64,000 nt of DNA from Eledone cirrhosa (GCA_964016885.1 OZ024742.1:263004001-263068000), one strand, 5' to 3'. Positions 12,406 through 25,440 are shown, numbered from the stretch's first letter. The notes: generated from the sequence alone by a model not told the origin. Program-made: numbers and translations.

Positions 12406-13100
12406 ATGGCGACAAGACTACGAACAAGCGAAGCGATCAGGGCATTTACCGGTGAAGGTGATGTTGTCGCTTGGCTGCGAAAAGTCCGGCTGGTCGCAAG
12501 CTTACAGAAGATAGAAGATGTGGCTGGCCTCATGGCACTGTACCTCGAGGGGGACGCGTTGGTACGCTTCCTTGAGTTGGATGAACACAGCCAAAGAGAT
12601 GCGCATGATGGAAGCGTTCGCAGAGGGACCGTTAACCGCTTTCGCTAAGCTGGCAAGAATTAGCGGAAATACGGCGATTGGCCATGTTGGCTGGATATCA
12701 GGTGGAATGCGAACGCACGGTGCGGTTGGCGTTCATAAATGGATTTCCAGACGACATGGCGGTGAAACTGCAGCAAGTCCCAGGTTACAAAGAAATGGAA
12801 ATGTGTTCACTGGTGGAACAAGCCCGGATCATAGCAGAAGATGCAAAGAAGAGTGTTGCGGCGATAGCAACTACAGAGGCTCAAGATAGCTGGCAGCGAA
12901 ATGGTGAAAGGGAGGCCACCACGGCACGCGGTCGCCCGCGAACGTTTAGAGGTCGCTGTTTTAGGTGCCAGGGCCCGCACATGGCTAGAGACTGCAGAGA
13001 GTCAAGGCCGGAAATAATATGCTACCGGTGTAAGCGACCAGGCCACATCACTACTAACTGCGACCAGGGAAACGATCCAAGGGGAACTACTGCGCCGTAG
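12406..13100 (+). pseudogene. gag: gag (frameshifted) with CCHC zinc knuckles
   Basis: FTGEGDVVAWL...; CFRCQGPHMARDC and CYRCKRPGHITTNC; split over several frames. Confidence 0.8.
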
Positions 13101-13128
13101 TTGCCCCTTACGAGTAGAGGCGCTGCCC

Positions 13129-15852
13129 GTGGTGGAAGTCTTCGTGAGGGGAAAGCCACAGCGAGCCCTCGTGGACACGGGCTGTATGACGACACTGGTG
13201 ACCGCGGGGGTGGCGCAGAGGTGGAGAGGGAAGAGCAGCATAAGGGCAGTCGACGGCAGGAAAATTGAATGCCGAGGTCGCAGCGAGATGGAAATAGCGG
13301 TACGGGGAAGGAAAATAGGGCTTTCTGCCATCGTAGTAGACAGCGTGGTGGATGTGATCGGCATGGTTATGGGCATGGACGTAATTGGCCTTCTAGGAGG
13401 CGTCACAGTGAACAACATCGGTGTGTCGTTTGGCGCCGCTGCATCTGTATGCGCTGTGAGTACGCGACAGGAGAACCAGAAGGCCCACGAGGAGAAATAC
13501 CCCGCTTACAATGTGCAGGACAAAGACTTCAAGGCCGTGTTCGATGGGCAGCGATGGGTTGTTGAGTGGTACTGGAAGGGAGAACCACCAACACTGAAAA
13601 CCAAAGTGGGCTGCTATCAACACACATTGAAGGGAAACATTAGGAGCGAGTTCGAGCAAGAGGTAGAGAGATGGATTGAAGAGGGCATACTGCTTCCCTG
13701 GAAAGAGGAGGTGAAGTGCGGAGTATTGCCGTTAATGGCGGTGGCGCAACCCACGAAGAACAAGGTGAGGCCGGTGTTGGACTTTTGGGAGCTGAACGAG
13801 CACGTGTCATGCCACACGGGTGGCGAGGTCACGGATGTCTGTGGGGAAACCCTGCGTGAGTGGAGACGCATGATGGGGGGTTCAGCAATCGTAGATCTAA
13901 AGTCGGCATACTTGCAATTGCATATAGATGAGAAACTCTGGCAGTATCAGCTGGTCAGGTATAAGGGCCGGACATATTGCCTGACCAGGCTTGGTTTCGG
14001 GCTGAGCTCCGCACCGAAGGTCATGGCGGCGGTCCTCAAGACCATTCTGGGAAAGGCCGACAAGATGAAGAGGGCCACTAACTCCTACATTGACGACATC
14101 GTAGTGGACGAGTCTGTGGTGTCGGCGGTGGAGGTCACGAGCCATTTACAGGGGTATGGACTAGCTGTGAAGCCGTCAGAAGCGTTGGAGGGAGGAGCCG
14201 CGCTGGGACTTAGGCTACGGCGAGACAGGACGGACGTCTTGGTATTCCAGAGGGGAAATGAAGTTCCAGAACTGGGCCCAAGTATGAGTAGGCGGGAGCT
14301 TTTCTCGGTGTGTGGAAAGTTGGTGTTGGTGGGTCACTACCCGATTGCTGGGTGGCTCCGGACGGCATGCAGCTATGTCAAGAGACAAGCGGGAGGAGTG
14401 ACTTGGAGTGACAGAGTGGGAGAGAAGACGGTGGCCATGATGCAGGAGATTGTGGGGAGGGTGAAGGCCGACGACCAAGTGCGGGGACGCTGGTATGTTC
14501 CCAAATCGCAGAGCGGGACCGTATGGTGCGATGCCAGCAGCATAGCGCTGGGTGTCACGTTGGAGATAGGTGTTGAGGTCGAGGATGCAGCCTGGCTTAG
14601 GAAGAAGGACGACTGCAACCACATCAATGTGGCCGAACTGGACGCAGTGTTGAGAGGGGTGAACCTCACTCTGAGGTGGGGACTGCGCACCATCGCGATA
14701 CGCACCGACTCGGCTACTGTACTTGGATGGGTGAGATCAGTGCTCACCAGTGAGAAGAGAGTGCGAACGAGAGGGGCGGCGGAGATGCTGATAAAGCGCC
14801 GCCTGGGAACTTTAGGAGAGCTGGCCACCGAGTTCGACCTGAGGTTGAGCGTAGTTTTCGTGCCCTCAGACAAAAATAGGGCGGACGTCTTAACTAGGGT
14901 GAAGAAAGCCTGGATGGAAGCGCCGGAGGAGGTAGAAGATGAGATAGCTGTCGTGTGTCGGCTGACCGAGTCGGATCTGAAAGGGTTGCATGACATGCAC
15001 CACATGGGAGTGGATAGGAGCCTGTTCCTAGCCAGGAGAATCGACTTGGACGGTAACAGACACAGTGTTCAAAGGGTGGTTAGAGGCTGCGTCCGATGTC
15101 AGTCCATTGATCCCACCCCGGGTGTGCACGAAACGGGAAGCCTCCCGGTGGATCGCGACTGGAAGCGATTGGCGGTGGATGTAACGCACTACCAACAGGG
15201 AACGTACCTCTCGATGGTCGACTGTGGACCAGGACGGATGGCGATATGGAGGGAGATGAAGACTGGAATGGCCGAGGAAATCATGCGTACTTGAGAGAGG
15301 TGTTCTTGGAACGGGTCCCTGTGGACGAACTGCTGATGGACAACAGCGCAGCGTTCCGCTCGGAGGCGCTGAGGGAGATGCTTGATGGATGGAAGGTGGA
15401 CCGTTTCTTCAGAGCAGCGCACAAGCCGAGCGGGAATGGAATTGTGGAGTGACACCACCGGACGATCAAGGCAATGGTGGAGCGGGGCCATATCTCACCA
15501 ATGGAAGCAGTGTTCTGGTACAATATGTCCCCTCGGGTGGGACAGGTCGAGGAATCGGTGCCACAGAGCAGTATTCAGATACGAGTGGCAGCACCCATGC
15601 ACGCCACCACAACGGCCAGTGGGGAGAGAGAGTGCATTCGTGCAGATGGGCGAAGAAGTCTGGGTTAAGCCCCCAGATGCACGTTGCACATCTCAATGGG
15701 GAAGAGGAATGGTGACGGCCGTAAATTCCCAGAACAATGTGTCCGTGGACGGAGTACCACGTCATGTCCTGGGTGTCCGTAGAATCACTGTGTCAACGGA
15801 CTCCGAGGAAGAGGAAACCCAAAGTGCCGCCCCAACACTGCGGAGATCGTAA
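13129..15852 (+). pseudogene. pol: pol (protease, RT, RNase H, integrase); open 13129-15294, integrase disrupted afterwards
   Basis: ALVDTG, PVLDFWELN, VDLKSAYLQ, RLGFGL, YIDD, WCDAS, HINVAEL, TDS, HHCC zinc finger, LAVDVTH, DNSAAF, NGIVE*HHRTIK. Confidence 0.88.
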
Positions 15853-16454
15853 AGAAGTCTCAAACCACCAACCTGGACAGCAGACTTTCATATGCAGAAG
15901 GACGAGGGCGAAATTGACACGTGGAAGAGGAGAAACCAGCAGTGGGATTTAGCGGCGCCTATGAAAAGCGGTAAGTGAGATAGCTTTTTCTAACCACAAG
16001 CACGGTTTGGAGACATCAAAACAGCATCTTTCCACATGTCCTTCACCCGTCTTTTTTGGTAATCTTAGGATCCTGAGATCAGACATCACCACTTTTTCTC
16101 CACATCTCTATTGTGCAGAACAGCAAAACCTTCTGATGAAAAGTTTCTATATCAATACACTTGTACTCTGTCATTCATGTATACTGACATAACCTCATAT
16201 ATTTCCACTATTTACAAATCCAATTCTATACAAATTGCATTTTGTGTAAAGCAGCAGCACTTAAAAATGAACCTAGATTGCCAGATTTGTCAGAATTGTC
16301 ACTGACTGTTTACAGCATGTCAATAAATGGTTGTTAATAGGAAGGGCATCCAGCCATAGGGGCCATGCTAAAATTTAACTGAATGTGACAACCCATCTAA
16401 ACTAAGCAAGCATGGAAAACATGTTAAATGATGATGATATATATATATATATAT

Positions 16455-17065
16455 ATTAGCATTAGCTCAAACAGCATGGTTCATAATAGAGGTGTGTATG
16501 AAAGAATATATATGGTTATGTACAATAAACATATGAGGGTTTTGCTATGAATGTTTTAGGCTGTTATTATATCACAATCTCTCGATAGTCGTTGAGAATG
16601 TCAAGCAGCTGTTTCTGGAATTTTATGTTTCATTGGTACTGAGATGAGAATAAGTTAAGCCTATATGGTTTTTGGATATAGTGCAAATAAAACATTGGCT
16701 GGGAATGCTCATTTGCATATACAGCAAACTTGATTGGCTTGGATTAATTAGCAGTTGCTCTAACACAACATTGTTCATAATAGGGGTGTATATGAAAACA
16801 GATACAATACATTTATGTATAATAAACATAGTCTTGCTATGAATGTTTTAAGCTGAATTTATGTCACAGCTACCTTAGTAACCTGTGAGAGTGCCAGACA
16901 GTTGTTTCTGGATGTTTATCCACCATGAGAGACATTTTCTCACTTTGGTATTGAGACAAGAATAAAGTAAAGCCTATACAGTAGAGAATAAAGTAAAGCC
17001 TATATGAAACATCGGCTGGTGATGCTCATTTGCATATAGTATCAACTTGATTGGTTAGGATTAAT
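16455..17065. repeat. Diverged tandem duplication (~300-bp unit, two copies) in DNAJC25 intron 1
   Basis: gttcataatag.ggtgt...gctatgaatgttt...aagcctata...gctcatttgcatat...aacttgattgg...ggattaat is present twice. Confidence 0.7.
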
Positions 17066-18176
17066 GAAGTATATGTATTTGTTGTCTCTAGGTTCAGCAT
17101 GGCCGGAGGTGGACAGAGGAGGCTGAGCTCCCACTGCTCTATGAAGTTGCTCTATGAAGTTGCTCCATGCAACGTAATCACCTTTGCTGAACTCCCCTCC
17201 TATGTTTCCTCATCGAGATACTGTAACCACTAAATAAGAGGTATGAAAGAGAGATTGTTGCATTATAACCATATAAAATTCCAGTACACACCTGGTCAGA
17301 GATCCAGTAAAGTAAGGGTGGCACTGACTTCTGCATCTTCAAGCAGCTTACATCTTTAATGAAATCCAAGACATATCTATCCTGATATGCAATGGTTTCT
17401 GTGGCCAGCACCATGTGTATGTGTGTATATACATATATATATATTATACACACAGACACAAGTGTTTGTGGCATGGAAACAAAGAAGACTATAGATCAGG
17501 GTAATACTCAATGCATGTTTAGGTACAGAATTGATATAGGAATTAGTAAAATCCTAACAGAGTATGCCTTCCATTGGGATTTTACTGTTGCTTGGGCGCG
17601 CGCGTATGTGATCACCCCAAATTTTGATACTACCCACAATATGAGCTTTTCGATGCGATCCCAAGAATCAAGGCTTTTCATGCCACGTATTATATATTCA
17701 TATATACATATAGTATAACGATATATATATATATATCAAATTTATCTCTGAGGTGCTTCAATTATCACAACACGTAAAGAAAAGAAGGATAATGACATCT
17801 GGATCCAAAAGCACATCCTATGGGACATGACGGCTATATGTTTGGTGTGAACACACCGACTTAGGTCGTTATTTGACACATACCTACGTCTCTCCTGTTC
17901 TTTGATGCTACGTGGAGTTCTCCCGAGGGAAGAAAATATGGTTCAAAGAGGATTAGCTCAAATACTTCCTTGTATAACAGCATATTGTTTATTACCGCCC
18001 ATTCAATCACAACACGTAGATCAGACTGAGGGTCTATCCGGTATCTTACACACACACATATACACATCATCATTTAACTCCGCTTTTCATGCAATACATA
18101 AATAGTTTATACAGACTCACACATATATTTGTATATATATATATATAAAAGTTGTATATGTATAAAATTGTATAAA

Positions 18177-18216
<40 letters not shown>

Positions 18217-18290
18217 GCCTACATAGTTTATCTTTGTGTGTGTAGTTGTATACAGAAATATACCTGCATATATAGTTGATGTATAGTTTA

Positions 18291-18321
<31 letters not shown>

Positions 18322-18597
18322 GGTTGATATATTGTTTATAAATATGTGTCTATAAACATGCGCATGTGTCAGTGATGCAATCTGATATAAAATATATACA
18401 TATATATATACAGAAAGTTTTTATATGCATATATATATATATATATATAAACATATGTGTGAGCGAATTTATTTCATATATACATACATATAACTATGTA
18501 AACACATACTCTGAATGCGTGTATACAGATAAATAGCTATATGTCTATCTCTCTTTCATTCATTGGAAATATGTACATATACAGAGAAAACACTTAC

Positions 18598-18739
18598 AAT
18601 CATAACAGTTTTCATTGCCACAGTATAACCCCTCGATGTAGGCACTGGCAACAGAGAAGCTACACAATAAAAGTATCCAAATACTAGTAGAATACTGGTA
18701 GTTCCGACACGAGCCGTGGAAGCCGGCAGTCGCTGCCAT
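18598..18739 (-). CDS. DNAJC25: DnaJ homolog subfamily C member 25-like, coding exon 1
   Basis: ATG in aacATGGC context. MAATAG...IWILLLCSFSVASAYIEGLYCGNENCYD: a hydrophobic signal-like segment followed by EGLYCG..xCY, the DNAJC25 N-terminal motif. Ends at a T|GTAAGT donor (142 nt, phase 1). Confidence 0.85.
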
Positions 18740-18800
18740 GTTGTCACTGAGCAACGTCAGGACAGCCTCGATTTGGTCGCACCTACAACTTCCGGTTGCT
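18730..18800 (-). promoter_or_regulatory. Putative TATA-less housekeeping promoter of the DNAJC25-like gene
   Basis: ETS motif ACCGGAAGT (18788-18796), TGACGT half-CRE near 18754-18759, YY1-like AACATGGC over the start codon. Confidence 0.5.
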
Positions 18801-19479
18801 CTGACTGCTTGTTTTGCGTATCTGTCCCTATATATCTATGTATCTAGCAATCAATCATTCTCTCTCTCTCTCTTTACATCTCTTTCTCTATATATATATA
18901 CATTTATATATAGAGAGAGAGATAAAATGTGTGCATATCTTTTTTCTTTCTTTTTGCCTCTCTCTTATAACTCTTCTATTTTTCCTTTTGTATCGTTCTT
19001 AATTTAATTTTTCAGGATCCCCTTTGGTCCTAGGTCTATTTGATCAGGGCTGACTTGGTGTAAACAACAACGACTCTTTTTAGAGTTTCTCTTTTTCACT
19101 CTATATATGTATCTGTACTATAAACTGTACCCCCCCCCCCCCACACACACACACACATCCTCTCTTTCTTTCCCCCTTTTCTCTTTATCACAACATATTC
19201 CTTTTTCTGCGAGTCCCTTTCTCTGTTGCTCTCGCTCTCTCTTTCCCATTTTTGTTTTATATATCTCTCATTTACTCTGTATATTCGCACACTTTCCGTT
19301 TCTTCTAAAACTAAACACTTTTCCCAATTCTATTCGATTCCTATATTTCGACAACAAAATTACGGTCAATTACAACGTAGAAACGAACAAAGCAGAGACT
19401 AATACGTAGTTGTTGGCCAAAATTGGTGACGGTGTTAATGGGCCTTTGTAGTTTTCGTAACTGAAACAACAAAACAACA

Positions 19480-22400
19480 AGCATAATAATAGTGAGGTGG
19501 GGATACACACGGCCGTGTAAAAATAAAATAAGAGAAAAGGATAATGAAAAATATCAACAAGGAAAAGGTTTAAAACGTTATCCAGGGTTAATCAAGAAAA
19601 GACCCTCGACACTTTGTTCATCCTGACATCCAAGAGTAACCAGCTATTGTTTCCTGGTCTCGACACATACTCAAAATGTGCCCATTCGCTTGTTCGATAT
19701 AAACCCACAAGTCAGCAATGCTCAGGCACTCGACAAATGTGTGCAGGAAGTTTCGTCGCCCTGCGCACATCTCGGACAGGTCCGGCTGACGGCACTTTCA
19801 TGCCTGTAGAGTTTATCCCGAACTGGCAAAGCTGCTCGGTAGCACTGCCAGGCCAGTGATTTCTGGAAGTTGTCCATGGGCCCCGGCCCGAAAATTCTCC
19901 GGAAGAGAGTGGCTAGTTGATTTTCATCGACGCCCAGAGACTCCCCAAGGACGTCGTCGCTCTAGCCCTCTATAGAACACCATGGTGAGTTTCTACAGAG
20001 CGTAGTGCCCGATTGACTAAGGTCTATGAGCGTGTGAAGACATGGCACGACGGTCAGGTGGTAGTAGATGACGGACACGATGTAGCGTTCGCCACCTCCG
20101 CCTGACCTTTCAAGGATAGCTTCCATTCAGCCCATTTCTGGGTGAGCAAGGCCACCCTCCTCGTCACCTCTTCCCAGATTTTGTCCATTTGGAGGTCCGG
20201 ACCAAGCCAGACCCTAGTAATTTAACCGATCCGTCCGCTGTTGGACGGCATGGACCTGCATCTCCAGGTGCCGAGCTGCAGGCCCACCAACTTTTCCTGG
20301 TTAATCTGTGCTCCAATCATCACCTCATACTCATTGAGATCATCTAAATGTGTTTGGTGCTCGAAACCACTATGGTGACGTCGTTTGCATAAGCCGACAC
20401 GGTTTTCCAGCATCACAGTTCGCGCGGGATGCCCCTCAACGTCTCCAGTTTATGTAGTAATGGCTCAAGAGCCAATACATACAACAGGGATGAGACAGGA
20501 CAACCTTGGCGGACCGAGCGCATGTGTAGTGACCTACATTCCGCGGGCTTCAGCATTTTTTCCTGCTGATTCAATAATCTGTATCGTCTTACGACTAGAG
20601 GGGGAGTATTGTAGTGACCTACATTCCGCGGGCTCACATGCATTCTGATGCGTTATTTGGCTCAGCCCAGCCAATGACCGCCAGCGGAGGAGAATGTATC
20701 TCTACGCGCCCTGAGGGAAAAAATTTCCGCTTTGATTTGAGAAATCTGTCTCTCGCATCCTGACTGTAAGAAGGTAAACAACTAACTTTCTTTCGTCGCG
20801 AAATCACTAGCCAACATGTAACACAACAACTTAACCACGGCCTGGCAACACTTCAGCCAGTGGACCGTGCCTTCTGAAACCCTTATTTCGTTTGTTTTAT
20901 TACTTTTGGCATGCCTGCTCTACTCAGCTCTACTAACAATAACACATCTTAACTGTTAAACATGATCTTGTACAATTTCGAAAGGTGACCGTTCACTCTA
21001 ACCACGGAGCAGATGTTGCTGTGCATGGCAGCGATCCAGCCTCTGAAGATGGACCCAAAGCCGACCGCCCTCTGACCACCCCAGTATCGATGGTCGACCA
21101 TATCGAATGTTTTCGACTGATTTAACTTGATCAAGGCCCCACCTGTGCTAAACTCCTTAGCTACCCTCTCCTTGATGTATCGTATGAGGTGGAGGTTGTT
21201 ATGGATAGATCTCTCGAATGGCATTTGTCTGCACCTCTTCCACCCGACTCCCGGCGACAAGTGCCAACCTCGTCGTTTACACCTTGGCCAAAATTTTGAA
21301 CTCTGCGTTCAGCAGAGTTATAGACCTGAAATTATCTACGTTGTCCTCCTTGTTCGAGTCCTTTCTCAGCAGCAACACAGCTCCTCGGGCCTATCGAATG
21401 GCTTTCATCAACACGTGTCTGAGAGCACGTGACCTAGTTCTGACAACGTGCTTTGCATTGAAGAATTGATCGAGGCCCAATCTCGCCGCAAGCACGTCGG
21501 TCGCGATGACTTTACTAAGCGCCTCGTCTAACTTTCTAACTAGTTCTCCCTCTACTCTATCTTTTTCTCTATTACTAAAGCCTTACTGAACCTAATTGAT
21601 TCTATTCTAATCACCGTTTTCAGGGCGAACCACCATTTGTTGTTGACGGCTGCCTCCGCCAACGGTCTCTGTAGGCTTTGCGTGTCGGGAGCGACGCGTT
21701 CAGCTTCCATTAGCCGGGTCCCTGTCTATGAAACATATCTAAGTCGACCACACAGATCACAAATGTGTGTTCTGTGTAGTCGATTATCTTGAATTGCAGG
21801 TAACCTATGCTAAACCTATCTACTTCCCTACAAAATACTCTATCTAGATACGATCTGGATGACCCAATGCGGTCCATATTGGTACATTCGGGAAATACAG
21901 TTGGTAACCGTCAGACAGTTGGAAACGTCTGAGCAGGTTTGCAGCGCTTTTACACCCTCCTCCCCAATCCGCTAGTCCCACACAGTCCCAACATGCATCC
22001 AAGATACCGTTCCAATCGCTCACTAACATTCTTAGGAAGGTATCCAGTCACCTGAAGAAATAGGGCCGTCCTAGCCTGAAATTATAGCCTTCGCTGCTGG
22101 TCACGTCCAACACCAACGACTTACCTTCTGGGTCCAGGAACATGCTCTGTACCACTTTGTAACCGCCGAGAATGGGTGCGAAGGCTTGTGCCTCGGAAGA
22201 TGGCCACCACATCTATGTTCATTGCTCTCGTAGATGGCCACCACATCTATGTTCATTGACCAAAGGTCGTTGAGCAGGTGATCCTGCTTCCATGAAGACC
22301 CCCAGACCACGTGCATTTACGCTGCCTATTCTGAGTAAGGCCGTGTTGAACAAAGAGAAGGAAAAGGTGGGAAAGACCACTAACCTCAGTCCTGTGGAGG

Positions 22401-24042
22401 AAAGACGTTTCTTCCGTCCTTCTGGCTGGCTGTGGCCCTCTCCACTAGGATGTCTTTGTATATCCTTCTAGAGAGGGTTTCACGGAAATCTCCAATGTCA
22501 TTGAGGAATGTACCCTTTAAAATATGTCTTTTGTGAAATGTGTGTTATTTGTGTGTAAGTGGTGTGAATTTTTGAGGTGCTATGTAATTTTTCTCTGTGA
22601 TGTTGGTGTTGTGCTGGATGTAGTGCAATAATTATTTGTTGTTCGTGTTTAAAGGCGTGTTCTGCGTTGCAGTTTTATCTTTTTGTTGTGTTTGCGCATG
22701 TGGGTTTATCCCTGTTTGACTTGTTGTTGGTGTTTGTTGTGGTGTTGAAGGTAGTGGTGTTGAGCTTGGTGTTGGTGTTTGTGGAGATGAGACTGGTGAT
22801 AATGGTGAGGGTGGTGGTGGCGTTGAGGTCTTTACTATTTTTTTGTTTGTTTTTTCGGCCTCTTTTTTTTTAGGGCGAAGGAAGTGATTTTTTTGATTTT
22901 TTTATTTCGGATTGTTATCCACCCCTCCTCGTCACAATCCGTCTCTAGGTGTGTGAGGTCGGAGAGGGGCATGTCGTTTACAGGCGTTGGTATTGGTTGT
23001 GGCGTGGTGGATGGTGGTGGCGCTGGTGTGGCTTCTGGCGTGTTGGATGGTGGCGGTGCTGGTGTGGCTTCTGGTGTGGTGGATGGTGGTAGCGCTCTTG
23101 CTACCGTTGCTGCTGCTGTGGTTGTTGATAGAACCAGTTGTTGATTGGAAAGTGACGTAGGCAATAGATATCGCCTTGATTTTCTTTGTCAATACTTGAG
23201 AGCAGTAAACGTTTTGGTGGGTTTTGTCTCCACGTCATTGACACCTTGGCTTTCTAGCCTCGACGTCACAAGTAGGTGGCTGCCGTCGTCCAGTTCGGTC
23301 GCGTTAGGGATGGCCTCTATATTTTCATAGTTTGACTGGATTAGTAGCTCTATCCCCAATCCTGACCAGTTTTCTTGTTTTATTTTTATGACGTCAGGAT
23401 GGTGGTCGTCTCTTCGACGTCAGCGAGGACGGCCGCCATCAGCCAAGCGATCTCTATTGAGACCGGAACCTGTGTCTATGTATGTTTTTTGGACCCAGTC
23501 GGCACCCATAACCCTTTGAACTTGGGATTCGGTCGCCCGTTCCACCCGGCGCCATTTGTATCCAATTGATTGAGACAGTACACAGACGACTGTTTCTCAC
23601 AACGTCGCGTGGATGGGCGAGGCTGGCCCTGTGGCCGCTCTTCTTGACCAAAAGCTTAACCCCCCTCATCTCCTTGTCACTGACGTGGATGCTTTCAATG
23701 TTTTTGGCCGCCCGCGCGAAGGATATGGTGACTTGGGCGGCTCCTGCCTGCTTTGAGGGTTTGTTATCTCTGTTGCTGCTGTTGCTTCTGGTATTGTTGT
23801 TGCCGTTGTTGCTGTTACTGTTGCCGTTGTTGTTGCTGCTGCTTTCGCTGATGCTGTTGATAGTGGTGACGGTGGTGGTGGTTGCGGCGGCGGTGGTGGT
23901 AGTCTCTGTACACGTGTTGGTGTTAGTGGATGTGGGAACATTTTTGTTGTTTCTCTTTAGAACGCCGTCCGAGTCACTTTCGTGACGCACGCTTTTTTCG
24001 AGAATTTTCCCGCCTTGACAGAAGGTGGGGTGTAACCTCCAT
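19480..24042 (-). mobile_element. Degraded L1/Tx1-type LINE (low-complexity ORF1 region, APE endonuclease, RT, C-terminal zinc-binding region)
   Basis: KQDHLLNDL...IDVVAI.E, DWNGILD, RSIHNNLHL, NQSKTFDMVDHRY, SVRQGCPVSSLLY and SLAWQCYR..LPVRDKL..CPRC. Thr/Asn/Pro-rich ORF1-like region at 22835-23990. Confidence 0.75.
20525..20960 (+). mobile_element. Collapsed LTR retrotransposon nested in the Tx1 RT (5' LTR stub, PPT, 3' LTR), TSD CATG
   Basis: CATG at 20521-20524 and 20961-20964. TGTAGTGACCTACATTCCGCGGGCT at 20525 and again at 20610, directly after the polypurine tract AGAGGGGGAG. Removing it restores the RT frame ...LYKIM-RSVRQGCP. Confidence 0.8.
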
Positions 24043-24260
24043 TTTTTTTTTATAAAAAAATTAATAGTACAATTTCAAATTTAAATTTTATATATTTGGG
24101 CCCAAAGTAAAAAATATTTTGGGGAGTCGCGTCTTCATGGCAAAGACTAATGCCTCTTTTGAAACAAAACAAAATATTAAAAACAAAAGGATTAAACACG
24201 TTAAAATAACAAACTTACATGAGCTCACAATAGTACGTCTTCCAATAATGTCCGAGAACC

Positions 24261-24318
<58 letters not shown>

Positions 24319-24320
<2 letters not shown>

Positions 24321-24689
24321 GAAAAAAGATCGTGCCTGATTGTGGATGTGGCCTGCCCATTCGACACGAGAGTGCAAGAGAAGGAGAGGGAGAAAATTAA
24401 CCGATACCAGGACTTAAAGTGGGAGGTAAAAAGGATTTGGAACTGCCATGAAGTCAAAGTGGTCCCGATTGTCATAGGCGCACTAGGTACTATCTCAAAA
24501 AGTTTCCAGGGATGGTCAAAGAAAATTGACCCCGCCACGCTTTTTTGGAACGCTTCAAAAGGCATGCTTGCTAGGAACAGCAAGAACCCTCCGATACGTC
24601 CTGAATATCTGAGGCTGCAGGTAGTGGCTTGATATTCATTTCAACAAACTTTCCAGTTAACTAACATCAATGACTGAGACTCAAAGAAC
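24319..24689 (+). mobile_element. R4/Dong-type non-LTR 3' fragment (RLE domain) within (AAT)n
   Basis: CLIVDVACPFD...EKINRYQDLKWEVKRIW...VVPIVIGALG; (AAT)n on both sides. Confidence 0.8.
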
Positions 24690-24719
24690 AATAATAATAA
24701 TAATAATAATAATGTTTTA

Positions 24720-25440
24720 TTGACCACTAGGGCATACATATAGGGGACAATACAAAAAGACAGGGATAGTGGGGGTTTACAATATGATCGATTAAAAACA
24801 AATTAGCAAAAACAATTAACAATAAAAATATAACAAAATAAATTCCCCAATAGGGGAGAAGAACCATCCAGGGGCGACTCAGGTACCCCACCAATCCTGA
24901 ACCACTCGACGCTTTGAGGGCACCCGGAAAGGCATCCCTCTCCTCCACAAATCCGCCAGCCTACAGGCGCATGCTCAGGGTAGGTCAATTCAGACGGACC
25001 ATTCGTGCCACATTCACCCACCTTTCAGCAAATGTACTGGAGGGCAGCACTTCTCTCTCCACCACCACCTTCCTTTCCAAGTGGAAGTTAAAAAAGTTGA
25101 TGAGTGGTTTACCGAAGAGAAAAGAGTCTTTCTTCAGTAATTTCAACCTGGTCCACCATACAACCTCTTTCGTTACTGCCACCAGATAGAGGAAAATTAC
25201 CTGCCCTGAGTGCGTGCAGAATGATTTCATTGCTCTGCACAGATCTCAGGTCTGTCTGACAGCACTTCCATGTCTATAGAGTTTATCTCGAACAGGCAGT
25301 GCCCCCCCCCCCCCCCCGATAGCACTGCCAAGTGAGTGATTTCTAGAAGTTATCCACAGTCCTCAACTCGAAAGTCCTCCGGAACAGACTTGTCAGTTCA
25401 ATTTCATCGACGTTCAGAATCTCTGCAAATGCTTCCTGGC
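24720..25440 (-). mobile_element. Tx1/L1-type 3' fragment
   Basis: LVAVTKEVVWWTRLK...FAERWVNVARM and SLTWQCYR...PVRDKL; same family as 19480-24042. Confidence 0.7.

Larger units (their letters stand above)
12063..15998 (+). mobile_element. Gypsy-type LTR retrotransposon, near full length, with 5-bp TSD AGCAC
   Basis: 5' LTR 12063-12284 (TGTGG...CCACA). 3' LTR remnant 15918-15998 has 1 mismatch in 81 bp. TSD AGCAC at 12058-12062 and 15999-16003. Gag with two zinc knuckles, then PR-RT-RH-IN order. Confidence 0.93.

Noticed and set aside
22667-23990. Hydrophobic, membrane-protein-like ORFs on the plus strand
   Set aside because: They are the antisense of low-complexity Thr/Asn/Pro-rich sequence in the 5' part of the Tx1-type LINE.
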